DNA of 64,000 nt, from contig OX597836.1 of assembly GCA_951406725.2 (NCBI GenBank), positions 42,160,001-42,224,000 of the forward strand, written 5' to 3'. Position numbers and translations under genes: made by a program. This document shows positions 50,000-64,000 of this stretch, piece after piece. Source of the DNA: Octopus vulgaris (Eukaryota). The stretch's first letter is position 1; each line of letters begins with the position of its first letter. Under the pieces are notes generated by a model, which had not been told where the DNA came from, made no database searches, and was given only the letters and a program-made list of their open reading frames with translations.

Positions 50000-52060
50000 A
50001 ATTGAATTTCTCTTCCTGGCTGTGATTCGAATTTCCAATCTAAAACTTCTCTCTTGCCATTCCACCTATTGTTCTGTCAATAAGGGAACCATGATTAAGG
50101 TATTTCCCTCTAGTAACGGTTAGTACTTCGTTGTAGTCGGGGGTCAGCAATTGTAACGGTTGTTGTTATTATGGTGTTGGCTGCCTGTGTGCAAGATGGG
50201 AGAAGAAGAGAGATTGAAGTTGTAATGAGATATTTATTTACCTTCACATTAATATATATCCAAAACCACGACAGGTTGGTATGTATAACTGGTTAAATGG
50301 AAAAGCATGCGAGGTACAAAGAGTAAATTTCGGCCGGTAGGTGTGTACACGATTTCATAGTAGTATATATAGAGAGAGATGGTAATGCTCCAAAGAAAAG
50401 AAAGGGAGTTAGTGAAAGGGAGAGTGGTGGGACGAAACAACTGTTTCGTTGGTGAGTTTGTTTTGCCGTCAACCAGACTCGGTTCTCACTAACTGACTTT
50501 GGCTTGCGGAGTTCTTGTTTTTATAACTATCCAAAACCAGCCAGAAGGATAGACATATTGTTGAGAATAATAGATTTCGTTGGCGGTACCTGTTATCTCT
50601 ATTCTAGCTTTTGGTGGCCCAGAAGAGGTAAGAAGGGTCAAGTGGCAAAACCATTATTCTGCTTAGCGATGGTATCTGGCAAATGTAACTGCAGTCACTC
50701 ACGGGAAAACTATTGTTTTGCCGTGAGAAAAGAGCTGTTGAACTGTTTAATTAAATTTGGCGATTGAGGATCGAATCCACACCAAGCCTTCATGAACCAC
50801 TGTACTCTCCTGACCTGTTTTTGATAAGTATTCATTCGTTTGTAAATGACTGTTTATACATTTTCTGCATTTTTCCTGAAACACATATGCAGTCATAACT
50901 GCACAAGCACCTGTATCGTTCGATTTTTAGTTCTCCCACATGAAGGTGAGTGTTGTAGAAACAGGAATTTCTCTTCCTAGCTGAGATTCGAAATCGAATC
51001 TGAAACTTCTCGTTTGCCATTCCACTTTTTGTTCTGTCAATAAGGGAACCATGAATAAGGTATTTCCCTCTTGACCTGTGAACCGTGAGTATCGTAACAA
51101 GTTCACGTACGATAAGAGTCGACCTACATCCACCCACCCTTTGTTCACAACGGTGTGTACACCCGTGTAACTATTGTGTATATTGCTATAAATAAGGTGG
51201 CGAGCTGGCAGAAACGTTAGCACGCCGGGCGAAAAGCTGAGCGGTATTTCGTCTGCCGCTGTATTCTGAGTTCAAATTCCGCCGAGGTCGACTTTGTCTT
51301 TCATCCTTTCGGGGTCGATAAATTAAGTACCAGTTACGCACTGGTGTCGATGTAATCGACTTAATCCGTTTGTCTGTCCTTGTTTGTCCCCTCTGTGTTT
51401 AGCCGCTTGTGGGTAGTAAGGAAATAGGTATTTCGTCTGCCGCTACGTTCTGAGTTCAAATTCCGCCGAGGTCGACTTTGCCTTTCATCCTTTCGGGGTC
51501 GATTAAATAAGTACCAGTTACGCACTGGGGTCGATATAATCCACTTATTCTGTTTGTCTGTCCTTGTTTGTCCTCTCTGTGTTTAGCCCCTTTAGATCTA
51601 ATCCACTTCCCCAAAATTTCGAGTAGAAAAGTATATTGTTATAAATACAAACATAGGAGCACTCCGTCGTTTACGACGATGAGGGTCCAGCTGATACAAT
51701 CAACGGAACAGCTTGCTCGTGCAATTAACGTGCAAGTGGCTGAGCACTCCACAGACACGTGCACCCTTAACGTAGTTCTCGAGGAAATTCAGCGTGACAC
51801 AGAGTGTGACAAGGCTGGCCCTTTGAAATACAGGTACAACAGAAACAGGAAGTAAGAGTGAGAGAAAGTTGTGGTGAAAGAGTACAGCAGGGATCACCAC
51901 CTTCCCCTGCAGGAGCGTTGTGAAGCTTTAGGTGTTTTCGCTCAACAAACACTCACAATGCCCGGTCTGGGAATCGAAGCCGCCATCCTACGACCGCGAG
52001 TCCGCTACCCTAACCACTGGGCCATTGCGCCTCCACATAAATACAAACATTTGGAGAAAC

Positions 52061-52108
<48 letters not shown>

Positions 52109-52475
52109 AGGCCGACCGGTTCCAAATACCATCTCGACAGAACGTCATAGAGGGACAGCTATGGAATTCCCCAACGATGCAGTTGTCCTGTCCACCCCTC
52201 TCTTACTTTCTTACCCACTCACTTTCATTTCGACAACATCACTTGATTTATTTATGTACGGCTGCTAGAACGCTATCCACCCTTTCACTAGAAAATATAT
52301 CTCTCGTTACCTCGTATGCTATCCAACTGTTTTCATACACGTCTACCCGTCGTGGTTTGGCTGTAATTATATGTAGTGGAGAAATAAATACGTTATTCAC
52401 CACTTCGGCCACTGTCTTTCTTTCGTGAAATCAACATCATCTTCGTCTTCCAGCATACGCATTATCCGCTACATA

Positions 52476-52560
<85 letters not shown>

Positions 52561-52739
52561 AAATAGAAAGATGAATAATCTTGTTGCAGATTAATCAAAA
52601 GTTTAACCGATACCTTGGTAGCAAAAATCACAGCAGAAGACAGCACGGTTGGAGGTACAACCATATGGTGTTGCAACCGTGCGTTGGTGCGGATAATTGA
52701 ATTTTAATATTATTAGTTAATTGAAGAAATGGAGTTGAA

Positions 52740-53990
52740 CGAAGATTGAACAGAAATCGTTTTATTGCATTCTACACGTGTTTCGAAAGGCACAATTTAC
52801 CAAATTCCGATTGAATAAGGAGACCATATTGTGTCTTTCTCTTCAGGAAGAAATAGGAAATCCGTTGGAAAAAACAAAAACAGAACAGAGGCGGAGCAAA
52901 ACAAATCGAACGCGGCTCCTTCTGCCTATAACCGGCCTTGGATAGTGCGGCGTTATAAAATTCCGCTTTCTGCATAAAAATATCGGCACTAGCGGACAAG
53001 CCAGACAATCTTAGAGAGATGTTTTTAACCAAATTGTCTGTTACGGTTTTGGCATGATTGGAGAAGACACTGACATACTTCAAATTAGTGGAAGGCTTAT
53101 GGTAAGGGCAGTATGAGTCGCTATTAAGGTTAAGTGTAACGTCTAGGAAATTTGCCTTGGTGAGTTCATTATCAAAAACTATATTCATGCCCATTCTATT
53201 AAAAAACCTAGCTAACCTGCTCTTAGTTTTCTGCACTATTCTGTTCGTGGTGTTTTGCAGGTAAAACAGACAATCGTCACGATACAGGCCGCCCGCGATC
53301 TCCGGGAATTGGTCGGACAACATATAAATGCACATATGAATACGTGCCCAAACAGGGTGTTAAAGGTTCAGGCATCTGCGCCCCTATTCAAACCCCACCA
53401 AAGGACTCCGACACATTTATCAACCCTACACGCCTACCAACCCCTTAACACCCTACACATATTTCTACCCAACAGATTCGCATTCTTATAGCCAAACATA
53501 AGAATTTAGAGACCAGGGGACGTAACTCTTAGTAAATTCCACACAATTATTTTGCGTGACTTCATTTCGTTCCCGCTCTCTCCTTTTTACAACAATCACA
53601 AACGAAATGTGGCATTTTGTCACCTCCTGCCACAAGGCACAGTCGAATATTTATTCTATGCCTTCCATCTCTGACTCGGAAGCACATGTGTTTTAGATAA
53701 CCATCCAGCTATCCAATATCTGGTTATCTGACAATAATTTTACTTTAAACAGAATACTTTTTCTCGAGTATTTATTTACTATTTTTCGTTTTGGGATTTG
53801 GTTTGCAGGAGTCTTTATATGAGTTCGTGTGTTGAAGCATATTCTATTGTGTCTGAGGAGAGTCGTTTTCTTTTTCTGCCTTATTATGTAACACACTCAC
53901 CGGTAAAATTTCCACGTTTTTCTTATTTTTATTGTCCTAAAATTGTCGTTGCGTCTTGCAACCTTTTCAATCGTTTTATTTATTATTCTT
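52740..53990 (-). mobile_element. Second Penelope-like element remnant (RT fragment)
   Basis: GLYRDD, NFLDVTL and YHKP motifs in ORF 52772..53335; adjacent hammerhead; partial paralog at ~21420-22070. Confidence 0.8.
52769..52850 (-). ncRNA. Type I hammerhead ribozyme (PLE-associated)
   Basis: CUGAAGA-GAAAGACACAAU...AUUGUGCCUUUC-GAAAC-ACGU-GUA-GAA. Confidence 0.75.
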
Positions 53991-54134
53991 TAACAAGAAC
54001 AGCTTTGACACGGCTTCGAAGTTTCGGCTTGCTTATTCTTCATCAGACTGTGATATGTTTGAGTTCATCTATTGAACTGCCCATACCTATAATGTAGTTA
54101 ATCATACCAAAAATGTAAAATCATAAACCATTCT

Positions 54135-54455
54135 TTATTCTACAATCTTTAATCGTTGTTGAATGTCGATTTCATATAAATTAGATCGCAGTCCGCAAAG
54201 TTTATGAATATAATTCTCTTGAGTACAATTCAAATACTGCCTGAAGGTCTTACAATAAATACAAAGAACTGGGATTGAGTCCATGAGGAGTCCAGCCCGT
54301 TCTTCATTTTGGTTGAGTCTATCTACCAGGAGTATTTTCAAGGACTGGTACTTGCCAATAGCATTGAAATATCGTAGCTTTTCTTTCTCATTTACACTTC
54401 GTTTATGTAATTTCGTCAGTTCGTTCAAAAGATTTTCCAAATGGAACAGCTGGTT
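54135..54455 (-). CDS. Copy C terminal exon
   Basis: ttctag|[15 protein letters not shown]...QQRLKIVE*; 321 nt, ~15/106 aa different from copy B. Confidence 0.85.
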   Translation of the reverse strand, partial: NQLFHLENLLNELTKLHKRSVNEKEKLRYFNAIGKYQSLKILLVDRLNQNEERAGLLMDSIPVLCIYCKTFRQYLNCTQENYIHKLCGLRSNLYEIDIQQRLKIVE

Positions 54456-54621
54456 CTAGAAGTAACAAAGGGAAATTAAACAACATTATATATATATATT
54501 CAACAATATACGGAATGGCCATATAGGACATTCGACTCACTAGAAAGAGCAGCCAAACTCAAACCGCTAAATAGTTGTAATTCTGAAATAGAAAGAGAAA
54601 TAAAAACGTTTACCCCTTTCA

Positions 54622-54716
54622 TCTCTGGACTATGCATAGTTTCGGCAAACTTAGGCAAATAAATTAATTAAATTAAATTAAATTCATTTACATCCGGCGT
54701 GCCTCGTCAGCAGAGA
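54622..54716 (-). ncRNA. Type I hammerhead ribozyme
   Basis: UCUCUG-CUGACGA-GGCA...UGCC-GAAAC-UAUGCAUA-GUC-CAGAGA; stems I, II and III all pair. Confidence 0.85.
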
Positions 54717-54904
54717 GCCTAGGACGAGTATATGTCCACGAGGCTATGGTAAAGAAGCCTCCAGTCCATATGCTCTAAATTCTACCGCAATTGCGCGGTC
54801 TACTCAGCAGCACATATATATGTTGAATGTATATTATATAGTCTTTGACTATTTTTTTTTTTCTCACTAGACCGCTGGTAGCGGAGAATATTTTGCTACC
54901 CTTA

Positions 54905-54999
<95 letters not shown>

Positions 55000-55179
55000 T
55001 TTTCCCTTGTTAACAATTAACAAGGAAAAAATAGATAAGTATTTACCAGGGTAACAAAAAATCACACAAGTAAAGAGGTTGTAACTCCTTGTTTTTAAAG
55101 GTAGAAACTTCGGGCTTACGCGGAATTTTTTGTAAAATATATAAATAAATAAATGGAGGTATAAATCAAATACTTTTAC

Positions 55180-55264
55180 TTTTGACACGTTTCGAATATT
55201 ATTCACTGATATTATTCAAAAGAATTAAATGGTATAAAACAATACAATTTTCTCTTCAGGGATG
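55180..55264 (-). ncRNA. Degenerate hammerhead-like motif
   Basis: CUGAAGA-GAAAAUU...AAUAUUC-GAAAC-GU-GUC; stem I does not pair. Confidence 0.4.
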
Positions 55265-55417
55265 TGAAAAAGCATGTGTCGAAAGTAAAAGTATTTGATT
55301 TATACCTGCGTTAACCTCCATTTATATATATATATATAAAATTATAAATTAGGGTATCTACGATGCTGACCACTTGATAAAATGTTCTTTCATATTAAAT
55401 TAACGATCTTATCCTTA

Positions 55418-55454
<37 letters not shown>

Positions 55455-55689
55455 TATCTAAATATATGCACATATACACACATATATGTACATACGTACA
55501 TATATATGTATATATACATGCATATATGGGTATAGGACATAAAAAACGTTGAACACAATGAGAAACGAAAACGTAAAAACAAAAACATAGAAAAGAGACA
55601 TACAACATAAAGAATATTCCCCTTCAGTTGTCCCTGTTTCATCTACTCCACGTTCGAAGGCAAGGACAAAAGATATATATATATATTCT

Positions 55690-55751
<62 letters not shown>

Positions 55752-55788
55752 CATATACATATATATACATATATATATACATATATAT

Positions 55789-55865
<77 letters not shown>

Positions 55866-55880
55866 CATACATATATATAC

Positions 55881-55928
<48 letters not shown>

Positions 55929-55930
55929 AC

Positions 55931-55999
<69 letters not shown>

Positions 56000-56077
56000 T
56001 ATAGTAAGGAAGGAAATATTTTTTAAAAATGCAGAATGCTCAAATGAAAGAAAATTTTAATAAAATGAGAAAATGAT

Positions 56078-56129
<52 letters not shown>

Positions 56130-56136
56130 CATATAC

Positions 56137-56211
<75 letters not shown>

Positions 56212-56214
<3 letters not shown>

Positions 56215-59200
56215 CGGGAAGCTTTATGAAAATAGACAAAAGACGTAGGCAGGTGGAAAACAAACGAACAATTGTATTAGTATGGCGCTCAGGAAATATA
56301 AATAAAACAAGTCTTTAACGTTTCGAGCCTACGCTCTTCAACAGAAAGATACACAGAGAGAAAAAAAACACAGAAAGAAGGAGAGAAAAAAAATGCGTGC
56401 AGTAGCTAACGAATCAACATGGCGATCTGATTTCGGCCAGAGGTCAAAGATCAAACATGAGACGCGAGAGCGAAATAAGGGGAGATAATAGGGTTGATAA
56501 TAGGGTTGATAAAAGGGTTGAAGGACCAGCTAATAGTGCGTAGGAGGGGTCTGGACATGTGTATGTATAGGGTTGGTGTATGTATTAGTATGTATAAGGG
56601 TGTGTGTGTGTGTGTGTGTGTGTATGAGAGAGTTTTAGTGCGTAGGATTGGTCTGGACGTGCGTATGTATGGGGTTGGTGTATGTATTAGTATGTATTAG
56701 TATTATTAGTACGTATTAGCATGTATAAGTGTGTGTGTGTGTATGAGAGAGTATAAGTGCGTATGCGGGGTCTGGACGTGTGTATGTATAGGGTTGGTGT
56801 ATGTATTAGTATGTATTAGTACGTATTAGTATGTATTAGTTGGTGTATGTATTAGTATGGCACATCATATATGATGTGATGTGTAAAGTCGTGTGGTGTA
56901 GTGAGGAGAAGAGGGGGAGGGGGAGAAGGGGAGGGGAAGAAGGGGAGGGGAAGAAGAGGGGAGAGGGGGAGGGGAGGGGGGAAGAGGAGAGGAGGGGGAG
57001 AGAGAGGAGGGGGAGAAGGAAGGGGAGGAGGGGGAGGAAGGAGGAAAGAGGGAGAGGGGGAGAGAGAAGGGGAGAGAGAAGGGGAGAGAGGGAGTGAGGG
57101 AGCAGAGGGAAGGGGAAGAGGGAAGGAGGGAGGGAGAAAGAGGGAAGAAGGGAAGGGGAGTAGGGGTGAAAGGATGAAGGACTGAAGAAGTAGGGGTCGG
57201 GGGGGAAGGATAGGTGAGGAGGGGGGAGAGTTGAGACCAAATGGCGTATAAGTGCGAAGAGAGAAGATTAATTCCTGTTCACGGCGCAAACGGGAATCCG
57301 GATGGCCTCTGTGTAAGGACAAACCGAACACAGATAGGTGTTGCAAGGAGTGACCGGTGGAGCGGAAATGGCGTGAGACCGGTGTGTCGTTCGCAAGGTG
57401 GATGTCACGAAGGTGTTCCGCGAACCGGTCAGCCAAGCGGCGTCCCGTTTGTCCGATGTACAAGGAATTGCAGAGAGAGCAAGAGATGCAATAGATAATA
57501 TTGCTGGAGGTGCAGGTGAAGGAGTGGATGATGGGATAGGGTCGATGGTGGGTGCTAGTGAGGCGGGTGGTGTTGGAGTGGTAAGGGCAAGTGCGGCAAC
57601 GTGGGCGGGAGCAGGGGAACGAGCCGGGTTGGGAGGTAGGGTCAGGGAAGGAGCTATGGACCAAAAGGTCTCGAAGGTTGTGGGCTCGTTTGAAAGAGGG
57701 GAGGGGTCGGTTAGGGAAGAGGTGTGAAGTGGACGGGTCGGACTGGAGATGACGGAAAGCTCGAAGAATGGTGCGTTGGAGACGTAGGGTCGTGGGGTGG
57801 TAAGTGAGGGGAAAAGGGAGGCGGGAGACTACAGGGCGGGTTCGGGGAGAGAGAGCAGATACACGGTCCACGGACCGTGCTCTGGCAAGGGCGGTGTGGA
57901 TAGTGGTGAGGGGGTATCCACGTAGGGTGAAGTGGTGAGCCATACGTTGAGACTGAGTCTCAAAGTCATGGTCGTCACTACAGAGCCTACGTAGACGGAG
58001 GAATTGGGAATAGGGGATGGAAAGCTTGGTGTGTTCTGGGAGGAGCCGGGAGGAAAGGAGAAAGAGTTGAAAAGCCGGAGAGCATGGTTGGTATCGTGGA
58101 TGTGGGAGGGAAGAGATGCCACTAGGGGGGCAAGGACACGGTCGAGGTATTTAGAGATGAGCTCCGTGGGGCAGTTACAGGCGGAGACGATGGGGCGGCC
58201 AGGGTTGTTGGGTTTGTGGATTTTGGGGAGGAAGTAAATGGTGGGGGTACGTGGGGTTCGCACAATTAGGTTGGATGCGGTGCGGGGGAGACGGGAGGAC
58301 GAGATGAGGTCGTGGACAGTAGAGGATACCGTCTGTTGGTAGCTACGTGTGGGGTTAGAGGGCAGAGGGGAATAGAAGGAGGTGTCATTGAGTTGGCGGA
58401 AAGCCTCGGCCCTATAGAGGTCCGCGCGCCACACCACTACAGCTCCACCCTTGTCAGCCGGTTTGATGATAATGTCAGCGCGCCGTTGGAGGGAACGAAG
58501 AGCCAAGAGCTCAGCCGGGGAGATGTTGAGGCGGCGTTGGCGCCTGGAGAAGTTGAACCGCTCCAATGCACGCTGACAAGCGCCCGCGAAAAGATCCACT
58601 GCTAGGATCTGGCCAGGGGCAGGCGTCCACGGGGATGGTCGGCGGCCCAGGCCAGTAAAGCAGTCCTCTTCGTTGGGTGTGGGTGGCGAGTCGTGGTAAT
58701 GCGCACCCAACCGGACACGGCGCACAAAGCTGTGGACATCAACTCGCATCTGGAATTCCTTACAGGATGGAGTGAGGGGGCTGAAACGCAGACCCCTACC
58801 CAGGACGGAGCGTTCAGCCGCAGAGAGGGGAAGATCGGGGGGAATGGTAACAACAGACGGAAGTGGAGAAGGGGTGGGTGGAATAGAAGTAGGAGGGGTG
58901 GTAGGTCTCGTGGAGGTCTGAGGGGGAGGGATTGGGGAGGTGTGTGGGGGGTGGTTGGGCGGGGCAGTAGGGTTAGGTGTAGGTGGATGGAGCCTATCGG
59001 GAGGGGAGAAGGGGTTGTAGGGAGGGGCAGTAGGGTTAGGTGTGGGTGGATGGAGCCTATCGGGAGGGGAGAAGGGTGGTGGAGGAGTTGTGGTAGTGGC
59101 GTCGGGTAGGGTGGAATGGAAGAGTGATTGGAGTTTACGAAGTTTGGTATCAGAAAGAAATTGATGGAAGAGTTGATTCAAATGGATAATGAAGCGTAGC

Positions 59201-59990
59201 GTGTTTGGAGCATAGAGAGGCGGCAGAGAGGAGAAGAAGGTGGAGAAAGCAGGAGGAAGAAGGCGGTTGATGGCATGTAGTTTGGAGAGATTGGAGCGAA
59301 TGGTGGCCCGCATAAGGCGGTAAGATGTGGTGCGGAGTATGGGTAAGATGGAAGAATCCGAGTGGAGAGCAGGGTGGAAGTGGAGGCGGAAACCTTTAGG
59401 GATGAGTCGGTGATGTAGGCAGCGGCTTAGGAAAGAGACATGGCTAGAGAAGCGGGTTTTTTTAAAAAGAAGTAGAGAGAGATTAACGGACGGCTGAAGG
59501 CAATATACAGGAAGTGAACGGAGATGATCCTTCAAACGGTGATGGAGGGTGAGGAGGTAGGACCTAGGATCCGGCATGATGGGATAGCGGGAAAAAACGT
59601 TCGAAAAAACAAAAAAAGCAAAAAACAAAAATTATCGTATGAAAAAAATAGAAAAAAAGGATAGCGAAAAAAAGGGGAAAAAACAAACGTTCAAAAAAAC
59701 AAAAAAATAATAATCGTATGAAAAAACTAGATAAGTAAGCGATAGGGGCAGAAAAGACGGGGCAATCGGAAAAGGGAAAGAAAGAAGGGAAGCAGAGAGA
59801 GGGGGAGCCAAAAAAGGGGTGTGCAGGCAGAGGAAACGGAGTATGGACATCCAGAGAGGGAAGAAAGACGGAAAGGAGAACAAATATGCAGGAAAATGTG
59901 GAAAGCATGAAATGAATGTAAAAAAAGTGGTAATATAAGAGAAAATAAAAATACAACAAACGGGACAGTTTATGCGAACAAGTTCAAGGT
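56212..59990 (-). mobile_element. Penelope-like retroelement (RT plus GIY-YIG), internally deleted
   Basis: ORF 57829..59628 with IKPADKGGAVVV and YFLPKIHK.NNPGRPIVS; ORF 56852..57943 with CTSSNIIYCISCSLC..LYIGQTGR.LADRFAEH; RT catalytic core missing. Confidence 0.92.
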
Positions 59991-60131
59991 TGAAAGTTCA
60001 AGGTGACAAATGTGTAGACGTCGTGGTATATTTTTTAAGGATTTCACATCAATGCAAAGTCACTTTGATCCGCGAAGGAGAGGTGCAGCCAATGGTAAGT
60101 ATCCAAGAATATATACATATATATATATATA

Positions 60132-60272
<141 letters not shown>

Positions 60273-60275
60273 CAT

Positions 60276-60599
60276 GGAGGCGCAATGGCCTAGTGGTTAG
60301 GGCAGCGGACTCGCGGTCGCAGGATCGCGGTTTCGATTCCCAGACCGGGCGTAGTGAGTGTTTATTGAGCGAAAACACCTAAGAGCTCCACGAGGCTCCG
60401 GCAGGGGGTGGTGGCGATCCCTGCTGTACTCTTTCGCCACAACTTTCTCTCACTCTTTCTTCTGTTGGCCTGCTCACTTAGCCTGCGGGGTGGCGTCATT
60501 CGAAGGCTAAAACAATGCGAACGCATTGTGACCAGCGATGTGTAGCAACATCTGATGGTAGCAACATCTGATGTAGCAACATCTGGTCGGTCACGTGAT

Positions 60600-60606
<7 letters not shown>
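60276..60606 (+). mobile_element. Second tRNA-derived SINE family
   Basis: A/B boxes TGGCCTAGTGG and GTTTCGATTCC; related minus-strand copies at 51656-52034 and 61135-61511. Confidence 0.8.
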
Positions 60607-60643
<37 letters not shown>

Positions 60644-61866
60644 AATATAAGGTAGGTACAAGATGTTGGTGTGGCTACATGTATGTTATTACAAGAGTCC
60701 ATAAAGAGATGAAAGAATAAGTTCAAGACCTATATATTTACTACATAAAAATATATTTTATTTACTGGTCAATGATACATAAAATCAAAATGTAGAATCC
60801 AGTTGAATAAAGTAATCTATACAAGAAAATTCAGAGATAGAAAATGTAGAAATAACAGCTAGGTGGTGGTTTCAGTCACGTGGCATAGAAAAATAGAAGG
60901 ACATGGCAATGACGTAATTGGCTCTAAGTCTAATTGCCTAAGGAGCGAAAAGTTGGTTATCTAATTGTTTTTATTAATGGAACGCAAGACATTCTAGAAA
61001 CTTCCTAGAGAAACGCTAAGCTTCTTGAATGATTAAAAATCATGTCTCATGAAATAGATGCTTCGAGAAACTTATGAAATGAAGGTTACTCTATGATGTT
61101 TCTTGTAAGGGAGATCATTCAATTATCTGGGGAAGCACTCCGTCGGTTACGACGATGAGGGTTCCAGTTGATCCGATCAACGGAACAGCCTGCTCGTGAA
61201 ATTAACGTGTAAGTGGCTGAGCACTCCACAGACACGTGTACCCTTAACGTAGTTCTCGGGGATATTCAGCGTGACACAGAGAGTGACAAGGCCGGCCCTT
61301 TGAAATACAGGTACAGCAGAAACAGGAAGTAAGAGTGAGAGAAAGTTGTGGTGAAAGAGTACAGCAGGGATCACCACCATCCCCTGCCGGAGCCTCATGG
61401 AGCTTTAGATGTTTTCGCTCAATAAACACTCACAAAGCCCGGTCTGGAAATCGAAACCGCGATCCTACGATTGCGAGTCCGCTGCCCTAACCACTGGGCC
61501 ATTGCGCCTCCAATTATCTATCTACCGCTACACACACATATGTGTGTGTGTATGCGTTTGTTTAACTTTAAATATATGAATGAGAAAATGAAGAAAATAG
61601 AAAAAAATTGACGTACAGACGTTATCTATTTAAAGAGATTCAAATTTATGCAAAGCAATTCCTGCTTAATGCTGTTTCCACACTCAATCAATTCAATTAC
61701 AGAAATAAAATTCAAATTCCTATATTTGAAACCACTCACTTGGGCATTTTTTTCAGAGAGAATTTCCAAAAGGAAATTGCATTCGGACATATAAGCTAAC
61801 CTACGATAAACTCAGATGTGTGTGTTTTTGTGATTGCAAGCGTTCCGTAGAAAACCGTTATTACCA

Positions 61867-61928
<62 letters not shown>

Positions 61929-63492
61929 GCAGTGTGTGTGTGTGTGTGTGTACGTGAATGTAATTTATGCACGTCCACAAATTAGCATGCATGTCGCTCC
62001 AATTTTAGGAGGACATTCGTCATGGTCCTAGCTGTATTTTCGTCAACTTATTTTTCCCAGAGGCACCAGCGAATAGCGATAAAAATTAATTTTCAATCAA
62101 AACTTTTAGTCGGAGAAATCCACCATTGTTTGCCTTCTAACGACGATTAAGTTTTGCCGAGGATCTTTGCGTTTTGACCGGCAGATTTCGAAAATAATTT
62201 TTTGTAAGTAAACACTTTCAAACTTCGTATACTGGTAGAATGTAATTGGTAGGGAGGCACTTCACGAAACTGAGGAATTACCAAAACTAATGGAGGACCG
62301 AGATACCTGACATAATTTTTTTCCTACTATAGGCACAAAGCCTGAAAACTTGGACGAATGGTTTAGTTAATTATATTGACCCCAGTACTCAACTGGTATT
62401 CTATTGACCTTGAAAGGATGAAAGGCCAAGTCAACCTTGGTAGTATCTGAACTGAGAACATAAAAGAGCCAGGAGCAAAACTGGTATTTTGTCTAGCAAG
62501 GTAACGATTCTGTCAGCTTGAGGCCCTAACCTGACATATCACTAGGGTTTCAAATTTTGGCACAAGGCCAGCAATTTCAGGGGTGAGCGTAAATTACATC
62601 AACCCCAGTGCTCAACTGGTACTTATTTTCTTGACCCCCAAAAGAACAAAAGGCAAAACTGACTCCAGCAGAATTTGAACTCAGAACGGGAAGGCGGACG
62701 AAATGCCAATAACCATTTTGCCCAGCATGCTAATGATTCTACCTGTTTGACACCTTAATACAGAGAATAATATTGATTTCGCATTTTGGCACAAGGCCAG
62801 CAAATTCAACGAATCGGGTAGAAAGCTGATTACATCGACCCCAGTGCTCAATTAGTACTTATTTTATTGACCCCGAAAGGATTAAAGGTAAAACTGACAT
62901 CAGCAGAATTTGAACTCAGAATGTAAAGACGGACGAAAATCTGTTAAGTATTTTGCCTGGTACAGTAACGACTCTGCCAGCTTGCTCTTCTTTAGCAGAC
63001 ATATCATAATAAAATTCTTCACGGTAGCAGCTACTTGAAGAATGAATAACAGATACCAACCCATCCTTCCATTAATCCTGTGCTTCTCAACAATTTTCTG
63101 CCCTCTGGACCACTTTGGTTCCTATTTTACTCAAAGAGATCTTCTTAACCATTCAATGTTTAAAAAATCCCATTCTTTTATTTTTTTATTCTTTTATGCA
63201 TTTCAACCCTAAGGCTGTGGCCATGCTGGGGCACCTTGTTATTGTATTAAAAAAGTTGTTAAAATATTTTTTTGTATTTTAGAATATAACCAATTTATTG
63301 CACATAAATTGTAACAGAACCTTATTTGAGCCCCTAAGGGTCATGTAGACCCAGGCTGAAAACCACTGCATTAATCCATCCCTCCATTTTTCACTCAACC
63401 CATATATCCATCAATCAAGCCATCAATCTGTCAATCATCAATGAATCCCGCAATCAATCAGCAATTACAATACATGCTATAATTAACCATAC

Positions 63493-63757
63493 CTGAGGGT
63501 TTTCCAAATTGAGATAAACCAGGTGTTCGAAGGCCATTGAGAAAACTTCAACCTCTGATACGCTGCTCAACAAATGGTCGGTGTTACCATTCAATATGTC
63601 CTGAAAAATAATCTTGGCATTATCGAATTCCTCTTTCAGCAGATAGCAGTGAGCAATTGCGTGAATGACCTTTATCTTTCCAATGAAATTTGGGTTTATC
63701 TGGTTGTGGATCTCCAAAGCGTCATGAAAATATGTCAGGCTGTTGGAGATTTCATGC
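63493..63757 (-). CDS. Copy C penultimate exon (TPR-like)
   Basis: HEISNSLTYFHDALEIHNQINPNFIGKIKVIHAIAHCYLLKEEFDNAK...ENPQ|gtatgg; 265 nt like exon 9 of copy B. Confidence 0.85.
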
Positions 63758-64000
63758 CTGGAATATGATGGCCATAGTGGTTCAATGGTAAGATCGAGTT
63801 CAAAGTGGCAGAGGTGTTGGTGGTGGTGGTGGTGGTAGTGGCAATGATGGTGGTGACAGTGATGTTGATTGTAGTGGTGGTGGTGGCAGTCGTGGTGATA
63901 GTGATAATGATAATGATGGTAGTAGTGTTGATGATGGTGGTGGTCTGAGGATGATGGTGGTGGTAGTAGTAATAGTACAGGTGGCAGGGATAGTGGTGAG

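Noticed and set aside
60276-60350. tRNA gene
   Set aside because: It is the tRNA-derived head of a multicopy SINE and continues into SINE body sequence.

Overview
AT-rich, microsatellite- and SINE-dense animal genomic DNA; the repeat families point to a mollusc, probably an octopus (inference). The main content is a head-to-tail tandem cluster of three minus-strand paralogs of an intron-containing NLR-like gene (STAND/NB-ARC-type P-loop NTPase plus C-terminal TPR helical repeats). Copy B appears complete: 10 coding exons from ~41.7 kb down to 22,232, all GT-AG and phase-compatible, about 847 aa from the MRHQG start. Copy A shows its first three coding exons (10,490 to 6,228) and runs off the window start. 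Copy C shows its last two exons (63,757 to 54,135). The duplication unit is ~31-36 kb. Introns and spacers hold a 183-bp satellite with nested non-autonomous Helitrons, Helitron helicase remnants, mariner elements, Ty3/Gypsy remnants, Penelope-like elements, several hammerhead ribozyme motifs (the well-formed ones all on the gene's sense strand), LINE and Chapaev fragments, tRNA-derived SINEs (one as a 183-bp tandem array) and foldback elements embedded in (TA)n. All alignments and counts were done by eye and are approximate.
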